This document shows positions 37,790-40,397 of a stretch of 40,397 nucleotides of DNA, piece by piece. Source of the stretch: Candidatus Limnocylindrales bacterium (GTDB taxonomy: Bacteria > Moduliflexota > Moduliflexia > Moduliflexales > JAUQPW01). The notes below the pieces were generated by a model. That model did not search any database. It saw only the letters and a program-made list of their open reading frames with translations, and was not told the DNA's origin. Positions within the stretch are counted from its first letter, which is position 1; each line of letters starts with the position of its first letter. The stretch spans positions 186,001-226,397 of the forward strand of contig DATMBG010000021.1 in assembly GCA_035559535.1 (NCBI GenBank). Reading direction: 5' to 3'. A program made the position numbers and the translations under genes.

Positions 37790-39091
37790 ATGAAACGATT
37801 TTTATTGAAAACGACTGGAATGATTCTCATGATAGTAGGGATAATTTCCATAGTACCTGGGGTGGGGGCTACCTCCCTATCCCCTGTGAAGCCTGAACAG
37901 GTTGGTCTCTCCTCGGAGCGATTGGATCGCCTGGATCAATTCTTCAAAACTGAGATTGACCAGGGTAAAATCCCAGGTGTTGTAGCTCTCATTGCACGAA
38001 AGGGACAGATTGCCTACTTTAAGAGCTTCGGTTTTCGTGATAAAGCAAGCGGCGCACCCATGTCCAATGATGCCATCTTCCGGATCTATTCCATGACCAA
38101 GCCTTTTACCTCGGTAGCAGCGATGATGCTGGTCGAGGAGGGGAAAATTGTCCTCACCGACCCCATTTCGAAATTTCTTCCACAGTTGGGAAAGCTGGAA
38201 GTGAGTGTACCGAAGTTTGATCCCACTACCGGTATGGTAACCTATTCGACCACACCCGCCGTGCGTGAAATTACGGTTCAAGATCTGTTGCGTCACACCT
38301 CCGGTTTTACCTATGGAACCCAGACTACAAACGTCTACGTGAAGGAACTCTATGACAAGGTAGGTGTAGATGCCACCGATATTACAAATGCGGATCTGAT
38401 CGAACGTCTGGCGAAGGTACCACTGGTCCACCAGCCCGGGACGGCCTTCGAATACAGCCGGTCAACAGATGTACTGGGGCGACTCATCGAGGTTGTGGCC
38501 AACACGACCCTGTCCAAATTCTTCAAGGAGCGTATCTTTGATCCTCTTAAGATGGAAGATTCCGGGTTCTATGTGCCGGAGGAGAAACTGGGTCGCCTCG
38601 CCCAGCCGTTTCCCACCGACCCAGCTACTGGGAAGCCCATTAAACTACTGGACGTAACGAAACCTCCCACCTATGAAGCCGGAGGTCAGGGTGCCGTCTC
38701 TACGGCCAGCGATTATGCACGCTTCTGCCAGATGTTGCTTAACGGCGGACATCTCGATGGTGTCCGGCTACTCAGCCGTACAACGGTAAATCTCATGACC
38801 TCCGATCATCTGGGTAAGATACTGGAAGCCGCTCCGATGCCCAGCCAGCTCTTGCTTGGTGTGCCCGGTTATACCTTTGGACTCGGATTCGCAATCCGTC
38901 TGGAGCCGGGTATAGCAGGAGTTCCAGGATCGGCCGGGGAATATACCTGGGGTGGCTTTGCCGGAACTTACTTCTGGGTTGATCCTAAAGAAGAACTTAT
39001 CGGTATCTTAATGCTCCAGACCCCGGGCCCGGCACGGGTCCAATACCGAAAACTTTTCAGACAACTGGTTTATCAGGCCATCGTCGACTAA
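37790..39091 (+). CDS. Serine hydrolase, beta-lactamase/EstB family, exported
   Basis: FRIYSMTK (SxxK), LLRHTSGF, FEYS, WGGFAGTYFWVDP; RBS AGGAGG. Confidence 0.92.
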   Translation: MKRFLLKTTGMILMIVGIISIVPGVGATSLSPVKPEQVGLSSERLDRLDQFFKTEIDQGKIPGVVALIARKGQIAYFKSFGFRDKASGAPMSNDAIFRIYSMTKPFTSVAAMMLVEEGKIVLTDPISKFLPQLGKLEVSVPKFDPTTGMVTYSTTPAVREITVQDLLRHTSGFTYGTQTTNVYVKELYDKVGVDATDITNADLIERLAKVPLVHQPGTAFEYSRSTDVLGRLIEVVANTTLSKFFKERIFDPLKMEDSGFYVPEEKLGRLAQPFPTDPATGKPIKLLDVTKPPTYEAGGQGAVSTASDYARFCQMLLNGGHLDGVRLLSRTTVNLMTSDHLGKILEAAPMPSQLLLGVPGYTFGLGFAIRLEPGIAGVPGSAGEYTWGGFAGTYFWVDPKEELIGILMLQTPGPARVQYRKLFRQLVYQAIVD

Positions 39092-39212
39092 TCGCGTTCA
39101 GATTTAAAGGATCGATCCGGGTGGTTTAACTTTGTTTTTTCAATCGGACCTTGTTCCCAACATCTTTTTTTCATAAACTTACGATTTTAAAATCGTGTAG
39201 AGGAGATGAATT

Positions 39213-40157
39213 ATGATAACCCGAGCGACTCTTAAAGGACATCCCATTCATTCCATATGGGTTGTGCTTCCCATTGGAGCTTTTTCAGCTTCCTTTGTCG
39301 CTGATCTTGTTTCTTTTTGGAGCCAGGACTCCATCTGGTACTGGCTGGGATGGTATAACTTATGGATAGGTTTTATAGGAGGGCTGGCAGCGGTAATTCC
39401 GGGTCTTATAGACTATTTTTCTCTTCCTAAAGAAAGTGCTGCCCGGCGTACCGCTTTCCTTCATGCAAGCCTGGCCCTGGTTATGCTGATTTTGTTTTTT
39501 ATAAGTCTTCTACAGCATGGAAGTTCTACGGCTCCCTTACAACCTGCCTGGAAATCAGGATTTTTATTCTCTTTGATGGGAATCCTGGTTATGCTGGCCG
39601 TGGGATGGTTGGGGGGATCCCTGGTATATAAATATCAGGTAGGGGTTCAACCACCCAAAGATCTTGATCTTGAAACCCTTGGGGAACCCAGGAGCATAGC
39701 CAATATCAAGGGTCATCCCATCCATCCCATGTTGGTACCTATGCCCCTCACGCTTTTTCTGGTTTCCGTCCTGTTTGATCTGTTTGTTTTATTCGGAAAA
39801 GAGGCCGCTTTCTGGGAACGGCTCGCTTTTTATGAACTCAGTCTAAGTTTAGGAGGAGCCGCTTTAGCCTTTTTTCCCGGAATGATAGATGCCTTTCATG
39901 TCCTTTCCCTACCGTCCGGACAGACAGTAGGTAAGCATGTTATAGCCATTGCCTTATTCCTTTCTTCACTTACCATCAGCCTGGTAGTCCGTGTCTCTGG
40001 GCTCCCGTTCGCCTGGTGGGTTGGTTTTATAGCTTCTCTGGTGGGCCTGGTTTTCTTGGGCATAGGAGGCTGGTTCGGAGGGGAGAATGTTTATCGGGAA
40101 CGAATAGGGATCGAAAAAGAAAGGGTTCAGGCCCGGGCTGAAACTTTACCGCGGTAA
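39213..40157 (+). CDS. Membrane protein with two tandem DUF2231-like domains
   Basis: GHPIHSIWVVLPIG...GWLGGSLVYKY and GHPIHPMLVPMPL...GGWFGGENVYRE. Confidence 0.8.
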   Translation: MITRATLKGHPIHSIWVVLPIGAFSASFVADLVSFWSQDSIWYWLGWYNLWIGFIGGLAAVIPGLIDYFSLPKESAARRTAFLHASLALVMLILFFISLLQHGSSTAPLQPAWKSGFLFSLMGILVMLAVGWLGGSLVYKYQVGVQPPKDLDLETLGEPRSIANIKGHPIHPMLVPMPLTLFLVSVLFDLFVLFGKEAAFWERLAFYELSLSLGGAALAFFPGMIDAFHVLSLPSGQTVGKHVIAIALFLSSLTISLVVRVSGLPFAWWVGFIASLVGLVFLGIGGWFGGENVYRERIGIEKERVQARAETLPR

Positions 40158-40190
40158 AGAATTTTATCCTGAACTAATCCCTTCAACCCC

Positions 40191-40344
40191 CATACGTACC
40201 AGGTTAAGCTGAGAAGTCCCATCCAGGACGAACTGTCTGTAACCCCCGACGTAGGTCGAGGGATCCAGTCATTCAGACCCTGGCGGAGTGGCCCGTGAAA
40301 CAGATCGCCCCGTCGGGGCTAATCTCCTTATTCTGGTGTGTATG
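40191..40344 (-). mobile_element. MITE copy 3 (154 bp, inverted)
   Basis: Reverse complement of 36900-37053 with the same length. Confidence 0.8.
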
Positions 40345-40397
40345 CCTCTGATCCCTCTCCCCTCACCCCTTGTCCCCCTCTCCTGTGTAGGGGCGGG

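Noticed and set aside
37790-39091. Antibiotic-resistance beta-lactamase
   Set aside because: LLRHTSG and WGG motifs fit the broad esterase/serine hydrolase family, not AmpC specifically
1-40397. tRNA, rRNA, integrase or Tn7-like transposase genes (CAST hypothesis)
   Set aside because: None recognisable; Cas3 HD and helicase motifs are intact, unlike in CAST systems

Overview
Chromosomal window from a diderm (LPS-making) bacterium. Left two-thirds is mostly housekeeping: tolA-like/tolB/cpoB (no pal), gcvT-gcvPA-gcvPB (no gcvH), a TRAP transporter, a TlpA-type thioredoxin, a B12 radical SAM plus flavin reductase, YceI, LPS genes (O-antigen ligase, GT9, msbA, wcaJ-like) and a sigma-54 activator. 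The intergenic spaces are packed with REP palindromes, short tandem repeats and nested MITEs. The ORF track missed a probable selenoprotein at 15055-15276 (glutaredoxin/GST-N fold, U-P-Y-C motif, SECIS-like hairpin), followed by a separately encoded GST C-terminal domain. The main accessory region (about 26.4-35.9 kb) has a WYL regulator, a lipoprotein and an archaeal (Thermococcales-like) type I-A CRISPR effector operon: csa5/cas11, cas7, cas5, cas3', cas3'', cas8a, and a bacterial-style cas6. No cas1/2/4 or CRISPR array is visible. Cas7 has a ~110-aa helical tail, and Cas3' has a coiled-coil insertion and is split into two overlapping ORFs. The operon is bracketed by an intact and a decayed copy of the WYL-promoter/lipoprotein unit, which share a conserved palindromic operator-like box. 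All family assignments come from motif recognition, not database searches.
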